This document shows, one piece after another, positions 27,549 to 36,508 of a stretch of 64,000 nt of DNA. The notes under the pieces were generated by a model that saw only the letters and a program-made list of their open reading frames with translations, made no database searches and was not told the origin of the DNA. Origin of the DNA: Erysipelotrichaceae bacterium. Lineage in GTDB: Bacteria; Bacillota_I; Bacilli_A; Erysipelotrichales; Coprobacillaceae. The DNA lies in NCBI GenBank assembly GCA_021770925.1, contig JAETPY010000002.1, positions 2,369 to 66,368 on the forward strand. The letters run 5' to 3'. How positions within the stretch are numbered: the stretch's first letter is position 1; each line of letters begins with the position of its first letter. The translations under genes were made by a program, and so were the position numbers.

Positions 27549-29245
27549 ATGGTTCAGAAATAAAAAAAAGTCAGGTACATGATTTGTCAGATGCTTCTAT
27601 CGCTTTAAGCGCCGAGATTCTGGCAGTATCAAAAGGTGTAGAAAAACTTCCTTCAATTGGAATCGAAGTATCAAGTAGAGAAACAGCAAGTCGCATTAAA
27701 ACTATCAGCGGTGATGAAGATTCTGCATCAGATGCTAAAACATCTGATATAGAATCCCTGCTCAATGAAAAAAACAGAGGTATAAAGACAATTAGCAATG
27801 GCAATGATGAGGTGTCAATTGACAGAACATCTGATATAAGATTCGTATTCAATGAAAAAAGGAACAGTATAAAAACCAGAGTTAATGAATCATATGCTGA
27901 AGATACAGGATCTATGTATATATCAAAAAGTATGATTAAAACAAGAGTAGCTAATATCGAAAAAAAAGAAACAACGTATAATTCTGTAGACAGTGAAAAA
28001 ATTGTAGATATTAAAACAAAAGATACAAAGATGCGTTTTGGTATAAATACAGGAACAGTTTCCAAAGGGCTTAAAAAAACCGGCAGTGTTTTAAGGAAAA
28101 CGTCAAAACTGATTAAGTCAGGTTCTGATATTCAAAATGGTGATTCAACAATTGATAAAGAAGCAGGAAAAATTATTACTAATCTTTCTGTCAGAAAAGG
28201 AACACGTATCATTAAAAATAAGATAATCCAGCTTCTAAAAAAGGTATTAAAAAAATTAACTCTACGATTGTCGATTTTTCTTTCACTTTTAATTATTCCA
28301 GCAATTATTATATGTGTATGCGGAGCTGGTGTATCCAGTGTTTTTGGATCTTCAGGCGGAAAGGAAGTAATAAACCAGTATGAAAACTACTGCACAACTT
28401 GGTCACAAAACTATGATTCAAAAGTCGGTTTATTTGAGCAGAATAATCCTAATGGTTCAATTATCTGTAATTATGGTGTCCGTGGCAGATGTGACTGGAA
28501 AGCTGTTTTATCATTGATACAGGCAATATTTAAGGAACCGTCATTTTCAGAGGAAGAACAAAAAGTTCTTTCGATTTTTGAAAAACAGAATGAAGATGGT
28601 CTTTATGAAACACATATAGAAACAAATACTAACGGAGTTGCGACTCTTGAAATAAAAAACGCAACATTTGATGATTATGTAGACTGCTTAAAGAAAAACA
28701 GCAGTTATATAAACAGTAAAGTGGTTGAAGAAGCAAAAGAGTATTACAACTCTGAAAATCTTATATCTGAATTCAGTGTTGATTTTCAAGTAAAGTATGG
28801 ATCAAATGACAGTATTGAAGGCGGTACTGTTGTTTCTGGTAACAGTGCTCTTGGAAATGCAATAGCACAAAAAGCATTAACACGATTAGGGTATATGTAT
28901 GTCTGGGGTGGTTGTCACTCTATGAATCAGGTCAAAGATCCAAACTGGACAAAATTTGACTGTTCTGGACTGATATGCTGGGCTTATTATCAGGGTGGTG
29001 CTAATATCGGTACACAGACTACAAAAAGTTTATCAAAGATGGGAAAGAAAATTTCTTTTTCTGAATTACAGGCAGGCGATATTCTTCTGTATTCAAAGGA
29101 TGGAACGTATAACGGCATACACCATGTAACGCTTTATATTGGCGGTGGCAGAGTTGTCCATGCGCCTCAAACAGGCAAAGCTATAACAACTAAATCAGTA
29201 GAAAGCGATAAAAAACACCTGTATTCGTGCAGAAGATTATATTAA
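27545..29245 (+). CDS. NlpC/P60 peptidoglycan hydrolase (conjugation lysin)
   Basis: YVWGG, FDCSGL, HHVTLYIGGG, VHAPQTG; central TM. Confidence 0.9.
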   Translation: MNGSEIKKSQVHDLSDASIALSAEILAVSKGVEKLPSIGIEVSSRETASRIKTISGDEDSASDAKTSDIESLLNEKNRGIKTISNGNDEVSIDRTSDIRFVFNEKRNSIKTRVNESYAEDTGSMYISKSMIKTRVANIEKKETTYNSVDSEKIVDIKTKDTKMRFGINTGTVSKGLKKTGSVLRKTSKLIKSGSDIQNGDSTIDKEAGKIITNLSVRKGTRIIKNKIIQLLKKVLKKLTLRLSIFLSLLIIPAIIICVCGAGVSSVFGSSGGKEVINQYENYCTTWSQNYDSKVGLFEQNNPNGSIICNYGVRGRCDWKAVLSLIQAIFKEPSFSEEEQKVLSIFEKQNEDGLYETHIETNTNGVATLEIKNATFDDYVDCLKKNSSYINSKVVEEAKEYYNSENLISEFSVDFQVKYGSNDSIEGGTVVSGNSALGNAIAQKALTRLGYMYVWGGCHSMNQVKDPNWTKFDCSGLICWAYYQGGANIGTQTTKSLSKMGKKISFSELQAGDILLYSKDGTYNGIHHVTLYIGGGRVVHAPQTGKAITTKSVESDKKHLYSCRRLY

Positions 29246-29424
29246 TAACAGATAACAAACTGTTATCTGTATTTAGAATAAAATAATTATTGATTTATAA
29301 AAAATAAGTAGAATTTTATTATTTTATATGATAAACTAATAACTGATGAGGGAGTATCAGCAATAGTTTCTCAAAAATAAGTTGTTGTATTTATGATAAT
29401 TACTCCCTCGTTAAATTGGTTTTT

Positions 29425-29449
29425 AGACAGTCGATGGCTGTCTTTTTTT
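29425..29449 (+). terminator. Intrinsic terminator
   Basis: agacagtc-gat-ggctgtct followed by a T tract. Confidence 0.7.
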
Positions 29450-29475
29450 ATTTTAATTGAAATGAAGGTAACAAT

Positions 29476-29670
29476 ATGAAAGATAATTTAATATGTATAA
29501 AAAATTTAAAAAAAGAAGGATTTTCCGTTGTAGCAGATGAAAATACTAGGGATATGTTTTATGTTGAACATATGTATCCTGTTGGAAGTCAGATTCCGGA
29601 CGAAGAAACATTAAAAGAGATGGATGATGCAATTTACGAGTTGTACTTAATGGAGGAAAATTATGACTAA
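29476..29670 (+). CDS. Small acidic hypothetical protein
   Basis: AAGGT RBS; overlaps the ardC-like start. Confidence 0.55.
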   Translation: MKDNLICIKNLKKEGFSVVADENTRDMFYVEHMYPVGSQIPDEETLKEMDDAIYELYLMEENYD

Positions 29671-30733
29671 AAAATATAAGGTTTCCCCTGAACAGATAAA
29701 AAAAGCTAAAGAAAAACTGGATAAAACGCTACAGGAAAGCGAGCATGTCATCAGTGATCTGATTGAGAATTATCAAACCTCATCAAACGATCTGCATGAA
29801 CTGCTCGCTTTTTCATCTAAATTTTATAAATATTCATTAAAAAATACTGCACTTATTTTTAAACAGAATCCATATGCAAGTTTTTGTGCTTCCTTTAAAG
29901 ACTGGAAAGCTAAAAATGCTAATATAAAAAAAGGTTCAAAGGGAATGACTATACTTGTTCCAAAAACTATCAAATATATTTATGACAAAAATAGTGAAAA
30001 ATATATTAAATGGAGTGAAGCAAAAGATGATATTAAAGAGCAGGCTAAAAGCGGTAAATTGAAGATTTATGAAAAACTAGTATATGGAACTGGAACTGTT
30101 TTTGATATTAGTCAGACAGATTATCCAAAAGAGAAATACCCTTCCCTTCTATCGGTCGGATATGAATCAAAAGAGCATGGGAAACTTGCTGATGTACTTG
30201 CAGATTACTGCCGAACATTAGGATGTAATGTATACTGTGAGCAGTTTGATTCAATTACATTGAGCGGATTTTATGATTATAAGAAAGATATGATAGCTGT
30301 TAATTCATTATTAGATGACACTGCAAAATTATCAACTTTATCACATGAGTTTGGACATATGATTTCAAATCATAATGATATAGACGGTAAAAGTCCATTG
30401 CAGAAAGAATTTGAAGCAGATGTAATAAGTATTATGTTTCATAAAAATTATGGACTTGAAATCCCGATTAGACGAAAAGAGCATTTTAAAAAAGTTTTTG
30501 ACAGTCTGATAGAAGAAATAAAAGAGCTGGGAGAAAGTAAAAAAGATACTGCTGATGTTAAAAGCTATGTAAACAAAAAAGTTGAAACACTAATTTCTGA
30601 TGCCTTTGAAAATTATAAAAAGCACGCTATGCGTCTGGATGAACTTAATCGTGAAAAAATACAAGAGGTTATGCCTGAGAAAATAGAAAATGAAAAAGAT
30701 TACTCAAAAGCAGAAATTGAAATTAATATATAG
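29663..30733 (+). CDS. ArdC-like ssDNA-binding antirestriction protein with ImmA/IrrE-type metallopeptidase domain
   Basis: YSLKNTALIFKQNP, SFKDWK...IKKGSKG..ILVP, VFDISQT; HEFGH and EFEAD. Confidence 0.85.
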   Translation: MTKKYKVSPEQIKKAKEKLDKTLQESEHVISDLIENYQTSSNDLHELLAFSSKFYKYSLKNTALIFKQNPYASFCASFKDWKAKNANIKKGSKGMTILVPKTIKYIYDKNSEKYIKWSEAKDDIKEQAKSGKLKIYEKLVYGTGTVFDISQTDYPKEKYPSLLSVGYESKEHGKLADVLADYCRTLGCNVYCEQFDSITLSGFYDYKKDMIAVNSLLDDTAKLSTLSHEFGHMISNHNDIDGKSPLQKEFEADVISIMFHKNYGLEIPIRRKEHFKKVFDSLIEEIKELGESKKDTADVKSYVNKKVETLISDAFENYKKHAMRLDELNREKIQEVMPEKIENEKDYSKAEIEINI

Positions 30734-30749
30734 TGGTCAGGTATGACCA
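30734..30749. repeat. ICE palindrome copy 5
   Basis: tggtcaggtatgacca, between the ardC-like stop and the dprA RBS. Confidence 0.8.
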
Positions 30750-30761
30750 GAAGGAGCTAAT

Positions 30762-31583
30762 ATGGAAGAATTATTATTATATTTTTCGCTAAAATATGAT
30801 GGGAATTTTGACAAAATATTTGATGCTTTAAAATCTAAAGAAACTATTGATGAAAAACTGAGAAGTGAACTGTTTGAAACTTTTTATAAAAGCAGCAGTG
30901 CTAAATTTACAACTCTTGTGTCTGATAATTATCCTGCTAAGCTGAAAGAAATATCATGTCCCCCTTTCGTTCTTTACTATCATGGAAATTTGTCACTCGT
31001 TGATAAGAACTCGGTTGCTGTTGCTGGCTCACTGAAACCAAGCGAATATGAAAAAAAGTGTACTGAGCTTTATGTTGATTAATTAGCAAAGAAAGAAGAT
31101 GTTATTATAACAGGTATGCAGGAAGGTGTGGCCACAATTGCATTAAAGCAGGCTATGAAAATCAGTGATAAGGTTATTGCTGTACTTCCCTGCGGTATAG
31201 ACAGCTATTATCCAAAGCAAAATAAGGAACTCTATGAAGCAATGTGCAAAAACGGGCTTATCATAAGTGAATATCCTAGAAAATTAGAAGTGAAAAAAGA
31301 TCAAATAGTTCAGCGACTAAGATTAGTATCCGGCATTTCAGATAAAGTTTTATTAACAGAAACCGAGACAAAATCCAAACAGCATATAATTGTCAGCTAT
31401 GCTCTTGAGCAAGGAAAAAATGTCTATGCCATCCCATCAGGTGTCATGGATAAAGATTTTCAGGGAAACAATGATTTAATAAAAATGGGAGCGATTATAG
31501 TTACATCACCTAAAGATATTACTGATCTATCGGATATAGATATTAAAGATTTAGACAACAGTGAAATCGATATGGAAATGTAA
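30762..31583 (+). pseudogene. dprA: DprA/Smf DNA-processing protein interrupted by in-frame TAA at 31080-31082
   Basis: YPAKLKEISCPPFVLYYHGN, AVAGS, then *LAKKEDVIITGMQEGV, IAVLPCG, ISEYP, ALEQGKNVYAIP, all in one frame. Confidence 0.85.
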
Positions 31584-31651
31584 CTCAATAACCCTGATAA
31601 CAAACAGTTATTAGGCGGTTAATCACATGAAGATAATTAATATAAGGTGGT

Positions 31652-32548
31652 GTGAAAATGATTGATGAAACTGAATTATTGATGCTCTATCGCAGAAAGA
31701 AAAGAAAAAAAATTATAATTATTTCTATCGTAGTAGTGACTATAGCTTTTATAAGCGTATCAAGTTTTCTGTTTGCTTATAAATATATGAATTTTAATTA
31801 TTTTAATTCTGAAATAAAAATGAATACTGATGATTATGAATTTTCTAATGATGTTTTTAGAATCGCATCCAGCAAAAGTAGAAACATTGATATTGAAGAT
31901 TTAATTGAATCTTACAATAAAGAGTATTTTGAATTAAAAGTTAGTAATGATAAAGAAACAAAAAAATGTTTAAAGAGTTTAAAAAACGGAACACCAGGTA
32001 CTTATCAGGCAAATATTATATTAAAAAATAAATATCACACAGAGAAATCAGTTTTAAAGATTAGTATTTATGATGATATATCTCCTGTTTTGGAATTATC
32101 ACAGGAAATTATTGAAATCAACACAAATGACAGTATTGATTATAAATCATATATAATCAAAGCTGAGGATAATATTGATAAATTAAGTGTAGAAGATGTT
32201 ATTCATAATGAAATAAACACTGCGGTAAGCGGTAGTTATGTATTAAACTATGTTCTTCAGGATAAAGCAGGCAATGAGACATCCAAAGATATTCAGGTTA
32301 CCGTTAAACAACCGGTAACTGTTAATAGTGATACAGTAGCTGATTCATCAGTTGATGAATCAGTAAGTAGGAAAAATGTCACATCCAGTCCATCTGATAA
32401 AAAAGAAAAGCCATCTGCTGAAAATAAATTTTTTAGCGGAAATTCAATTGATTCTTATAATCAGGCACTGGAATATGCAGAAAAAAATGGAAAAAACGGA
32501 TATGAAGTCAAGCCTACAGGTGAAGGCTTTCAAGTAACTTTATATTAG
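31652..32548 (+). CDS. Membrane-anchored Ig-like (DUF5011-type) domain protein
   Basis: TM after RRKKRKK; DDISPVL, AEDNID, GSYVLNY..QDKAGN. Confidence 0.7.
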   Translation: MKMIDETELLMLYRRKKRKKIIIISIVVVTIAFISVSSFLFAYKYMNFNYFNSEIKMNTDDYEFSNDVFRIASSKSRNIDIEDLIESYNKEYFELKVSNDKETKKCLKSLKNGTPGTYQANIILKNKYHTEKSVLKISIYDDISPVLELSQEIIEINTNDSIDYKSYIIKAEDNIDKLSVEDVIHNEINTAVSGSYVLNYVLQDKAGNETSKDIQVTVKQPVTVNSDTVADSSVDESVSRKNVTSSPSDKKEKPSAENKFFSGNSIDSYNQALEYAEKNGKNGYEVKPTGEGFQVTLY

Positions 32549-32599
32549 TTCCACCAAATTACCATAAATTAAGATATGTTTATTGAAAGGAAGAATAAA

Positions 32600-33238
32600 A
32601 TGGTTTTATTTGAAACTGTTAGAGATCTGCGGTTTGCGGATAATATTGAAAATGCTTTATCATCTATTGATAATGAATTAAAAAAAGCCAATCTGTTAAA
32701 AGAACGTGAACTGGAATTAAAAGATAAAGAAATAAAATTAAAAAAAGATAATGATTTTTTAAAAGAGGATTATAAAAAAGCTTTTGAGGAGGCATGTGCC
32801 CGACTAGAGGATATGGACAAGATTTTATATAAAATAGATCAGTCAGTCGAACCCTTTTCTAAAGAAAGATACCAAAATATAATACTCACTAATATTCATA
32901 AATTAGAAAAAACTGAAAATAGTAAATTTCCAGAAGTGCTGGAAATTTCAAAAGAAGAATTTGACCAGTTCACTAAAACATTTAATCGAAATAAAACAGA
33001 GTATAAAGAATATTGTGAACAGGTTCAACAAAATTTTGGAAGCAGTTTTATGTTTTTTGATTTTGAAAATCGTAAATACATATGTTATGATTTTATTCAA
33101 GGAGAAAACGGTTTACCGAATATTGAAGAAATTACAAATAGAGAACTTGCATTACAGTGGCTTGATGGTCAGATTGAAATAGATGAAGTTAGAGAAATAG
33201 AAAATAAAATGGATATAGAATTAGATATTGAAATGTAA
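32600..33238 (+). CDS. Hypothetical coiled-coil protein
   Basis: AAAGGAAG RBS; E/K-rich; ends DIELDIEM. Confidence 0.6.
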   Translation: MVLFETVRDLRFADNIENALSSIDNELKKANLLKERELELKDKEIKLKKDNDFLKEDYKKAFEEACARLEDMDKILYKIDQSVEPFSKERYQNIILTNIHKLEKTENSKFPEVLEISKEEFDQFTKTFNRNKTEYKEYCEQVQQNFGSSFMFFDFENRKYICYDFIQGENGLPNIEEITNRELALQWLDGQIEIDEVREIENKMDIELDIEM

Positions 33239-33270
33239 ACAACTGGTCATATATAACCAGTTGTTTTTTT
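33238..33270. repeat. ICE palindrome copy 6, with terminator-like T tract
   Basis: aacaactggtcatatataaccagttgttttttt. Confidence 0.75.
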
Positions 33271-33284
33271 ATATATGTTACTGT

Positions 33285-33502
33285 GTTTGAACATATATAA
33301 TGTTCAAATTTTTAAGGGGTTTGGGGACTTTCCCCAACAAGCTACCGTAGGTAGGGTGTCCGGACAGACACCATGCTTGCGAAAATTCAAATCGTGCAAA
33401 ACACTCTTTGAATTTTAGAAGAAACGTGACCGTTTCTTAGCGTGCGCGCACGCAAAAAATCTCAGCCAAAAACAGTGTTCATATGAACATTGTTTTTGGC
33501 TG
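33285..33502 (+). other. Putative origin of transfer (oriT, MOBP type)
   Basis: GC-rich hairpins (ttgggga-ctt-tccccaa; ggtgtc-cggaca-gacacc) followed by ATGCTTG|C at 33373-33380, like pC221/pCF10 nic sites; further inverted repeats; directly upstream of mobC. Confidence 0.75.
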
Positions 33503-33541
33503 GTTTTATATTTTTACTTACGATTTTTTGGAGGAGTAAAT

Positions 33542-33931
33542 ATGTCAAGAAGAGAAAATAAAAAACGATATGAACTGTATTTTACCAATGATGAATGGAA
33601 AAAAGTTACATGGCTTGCAAAACATTTTCAATGTAAAGATTATGCTTCTTTTATACGTAATCGGGTACTAAATGGAAAAGTAGTTATCGAAACTGTTCAC
33701 AACAAAGAAGAAGTTATTAGTGAAATAAAACAAGTTGGGAACAATATCAATCAAATCGCAAGAAAACTTAATAGCATGTCTAAAAACACTGTTGCCACAA
33801 AACAAGATATGCTTCAGGCGAAACTGCTTGCTAAGCAATGTTTAGAGGAACAAAAAAAACTTTATACAACAATTTCAAAAAAACTATATGTCGTTCATGA
33901 AGAGGTGAATGATTATGACAGTGACATTTAG
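33542..33931 (+). CDS. mobC: MobC relaxosome accessory protein
   Basis: RHH-like N-terminus; EIKQVGNNINQIARKLN signature. Confidence 0.9.
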   Translation: MSRRENKKRYELYFTNDEWKKVTWLAKHFQCKDYASFIRNRVLNGKVVIETVHNKEEVISEIKQVGNNINQIARKLNSMSKNTVATKQDMLQAKLLAKQCLEEQKKLYTTISKKLYVVHEEVNDYDSDI

Positions 33932-35654
33932 AAAAGCACTACATAAAAGCAATCTTGGTTGTCTTATTTATATTACAAATCCAAATAAAACAGATGGCGG
34001 ACTGCTTGTCAGCGGAATCAACTGTTCACCAGATGCAAATCTTGCACACAATGAAATGCTGATGATGAACCGCTTATATAGCAATAAAGGAAGACGTACC
34101 GGCTATCATATTTATCAGTCATTTAATTACACTGATAAACTGAGCTATGAAGAAGCGCATGAAATAGGAATAGAAACTGCTAAACGGTTATATCCGGATT
34201 TTCAGGCAGTTGTAGCTACTCATATTGATAAAGCACATATACATAATCATATAGTTTTAAACAGTGTCAATATCAAGACGGGAAAGAAACTTACTGACAG
34301 TTTATGGCATGAGGAAGGCATATCGAATCTGCGAAAGGTATCTGATGAAATAAGTAAAGAATACGGGTTAACGGTATTAAATGATGCTCCGCCAGTAAAC
34401 AAATACAGCAACAAAAATTTTTTGTACAATTTTGCAAACAAGTCATGGAGAGCACAAATAAAAGAAGATATAGAACGACTAATTGAAAATGCTGAAGACT
34501 TTGAAGAACTGCTTGAACTTTTAGAAAATGAAGGATATTTAATAAACCGTGGTAAATATATAAGTGTCAAAACTTTTGGGATGAAAAGATTTGTAAGACT
34601 TAAAACTATTGATGATGGAAAATATTCAGAGAAAAACCTTCGACAAAGGATAAGATCTATTCGTTACAGGACTTATCAGGATCAGTTACTTGAATCAAAA
34701 CATATTTTATATAAGAATATCCCTGAAGAACAAAAATCTAATAAAATTAACCGTAACAAATTAAGTGGTTATATGTCTTTACAGCAGTATAAGATGAAGA
34801 CTTTTATTAATAAGCAGGATACTTTAGCTAATAATTTAACAGATGAAAACAGCAGTGAATATTATAAAAGGCGCTATCTTATAGTGAAAGAAATCAATCA
34901 GATCAATAAAGTTTTTGAAATAATGAATAGTGAAAAAATAAACAGCTACAATGATGTTGATCAGCGTATCCTGCAATATGAAGATGATTATTCCTGTTTA
35001 AAAAGAAATTATGATCATCTTAAGATTCACAATCGTCAGCTCCAGAAACTTATGCCGATAGCCAAAATTTACATTGAAACATGTTATTATAATGATGCTT
35101 TAAAAGCGTGCAGTTCAGCTGATAAAATAGAAATGAAAAAAAACTACAGTAAAGAACTTAAATTATTTGAAGAAGCTAAAAAAGAATTAAATGCTTTTAA
35201 ACCAACTACATCTATAAAAGAAGTAAAACAGATTATAACAGAAGCAAATACATTAAAAGCTGAGACTAATGCCTGCCTGCTTGCAATAAAAAGAATTGAA
35301 GAAAAGATAGACAGACTTAACTATATAAAATCATACAGCTATCGTAACGAGATTGATAAAATGAATAAAATACTAACCAAAGGCTTTTATGCAAATAAAG
35401 AGCAGATACTCGACAGTGACAGAGAAGGAAAAAAACTCGTTATGCTTCGTGATCAAAGAACTTGCTTAGAAGTTGATCAGGAGGCAGTATCGTGGGTGAA
35501 GTATAATAAAAAAGCATACATATATATAATTGAAGATGAGCATTATAGACTTTATGACAAAGAAAATAAAAAGTATTATGATGAAATCTCGGGTAAAAAT
35601 ATTGATACCTTAGAAAAAAACAGATCAGTAAATTATGAGTATAAATATCAGTAA
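33915..35654 (+). CDS. MOBP-family relaxase
   Basis: YITNPNKT, LVSGINC, YHIYQSF, THIDKAHIHNHIVLNSV (HUH). Confidence 0.93.
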   Translation: MTVTFRKALHKSNLGCLIYITNPNKTDGGLLVSGINCSPDANLAHNEMLMMNRLYSNKGRRTGYHIYQSFNYTDKLSYEEAHEIGIETAKRLYPDFQAVVATHIDKAHIHNHIVLNSVNIKTGKKLTDSLWHEEGISNLRKVSDEISKEYGLTVLNDAPPVNKYSNKNFLYNFANKSWRAQIKEDIERLIENAEDFEELLELLENEGYLINRGKYISVKTFGMKRFVRLKTIDDGKYSEKNLRQRIRSIRYRTYQDQLLESKHILYKNIPEEQKSNKINRNKLSGYMSLQQYKMKTFINKQDTLANNLTDENSSEYYKRRYLIVKEINQINKVFEIMNSEKINSYNDVDQRILQYEDDYSCLKRNYDHLKIHNRQLQKLMPIAKIYIETCYYNDALKACSSADKIEMKKNYSKELKLFEEAKKELNAFKPTTSIKEVKQIITEANTLKAETNACLLAIKRIEEKIDRLNYIKSYSYRNEIDKMNKILTKGFYANKEQILDSDREGKKLVMLRDQRTCLEVDQEAVSWVKYNKKAYIYIIEDEHYRLYDKENKKYYDEISGKNIDTLEKNRSVNYEYKYQ

Positions 35655-35669
35655 ATTAAGCAAATCATA

Positions 35670-35698
35670 TTGAAATAATGAATAAAATATTATATAAT
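35670..35698 (+). promoter_or_regulatory. SigA promoter of the toxIN locus
   Basis: TTGAAA-17 nt-TATAAT. Confidence 0.75.
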
Positions 35699-35727
35699 GA
35701 CTATAGTTTAATGAATGGAAACATTCA

Positions 35728-35841
35728 AAAAAGCGGTGTTCCCCACCAAATAAGCGGGCATGGAAAAAGCGGTGTTCCCCACCAAATAAGCGGGTATGGA
35801 AAAAGCGGTGTTCCCCACCAAATAAGCGGGTATGGAAAAAG
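35728..35841 (+). ncRNA. toxI: Type III antitoxin RNA (ToxI/AntiQ-like), 3 x 36-nt repeats
   Basis: AAAAAGCGGTGTTCCCCACCAAATAAGCGGG(C/T)ATGG, period exactly 36 (GCGGTG at 35733, 35769, 35805); GGTG/CACC and CCC/GGG pairings give an H-type pseudoknot. Confidence 0.9.
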
Positions 35842-35843
35842 TT

Positions 35844-35877
35844 GAAAAGCTAGAGAATACTCTCTAGCTTTTCGTTT
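35844..35877 (+). terminator. Terminator between antitoxin repeats and toxin
   Basis: gaaaagctagaga-atac-tctctagcttttc; canonical type III TA layout. Confidence 0.85.
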
Positions 35878-35889
35878 GGAGGAAATAAG

Positions 35890-36453
35890 ATGAAAGAAAA
35901 GAATCCCGTATATAAATTAGTAATTGTAGATACTAGTTATTGTGATTTTTTAAGAAAGTACGACTATAGAGTAAGCTATAATGCTAATGAAAAAGAATTA
36001 AGACCGTTCGTTGGAGTTTTGTTTACTATAAATAATTGCAAATATTTTGCACCATTATCTTCACCTAAGCCAAAACATTTAAAAATGAAAAATCAAATCG
36101 ATTTTTATAAAATTGATAGTGGAAAACTGGGTGCAATAAATTTTAATAATATGATTCCGATTCCTGATGGCAGTTATACTGTGATTAATACAAACGCTGT
36201 ATGTTTAACATATGCAGAGAAAAGATATCAAAATTTATTAAGAGACCAATTAAGATGGTTAAATCGTGAGGGCGGTGGACTAAGAGAGAAAGCGTTAAAA
36301 TTATATAAAAAAAGAACAAACAATAATTTGCCTCAAAGAGTTACTGAAAGGTGTTGTGATTTTAAGACACTTGAAGCAAAATGTAAAGAATATACTGAAA
36401 AAACAATTGAAAATGATTTAACTCTAGATGATGATATTGGGTTAACAATTTAA
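35890..36453 (+). CDS. toxN: Type III toxin, ToxN/AbiQ-family endoribonuclease
   Basis: YCDFLRKYD, RPFVGV, YFAPLSSPKPKH, LGAINFNNMIP, CCDFKTLE. Confidence 0.93.
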   Translation: MKEKNPVYKLVIVDTSYCDFLRKYDYRVSYNANEKELRPFVGVLFTINNCKYFAPLSSPKPKHLKMKNQIDFYKIDSGKLGAINFNNMIPIPDGSYTVINTNAVCLTYAEKRYQNLLRDQLRWLNREGGGLREKALKLYKKRTNNNLPQRVTERCCDFKTLEAKCKEYTEKTIENDLTLDDDIGLTI

Positions 36454-36476
36454 AAATATTTCTTTTGAGAAGTGCA

Positions 36477-36508
36477 AGCGAGTGAATATATATTCACTCG
36501 CTTTTTTT
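36477..36508. terminator. Hairpin/terminator between convergent genes
   Basis: agcgagtgaata..tattcactcgct followed by a T tract. Confidence 0.7.

Noticed and set aside
27690-28020. IKT(I/R)(S/V) repeats in the lysin N-terminus as a DNA repeat element
   Set aside because: Degenerate protein-level repeats in a low-complexity cytoplasmic region, common in ICE lysins.
8875-28065. Antisense and alternate-frame ORFs (e.g. 8875-9282, 11137-11487, 20232-20522, 27571-28065)
   Set aside because: They are shadows of well-supported genes, with no motifs or RBS noted.
31116-31583. Separate gene downstream of 30762-31082
   Set aside because: It is the in-frame continuation of dprA after a single stop codon.
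35728-35841. 36-nt repeats as a CRISPR array
   Set aside because: The repeats are contiguous with no unique spacers and no cas genes; the layout matches a type III antitoxin.
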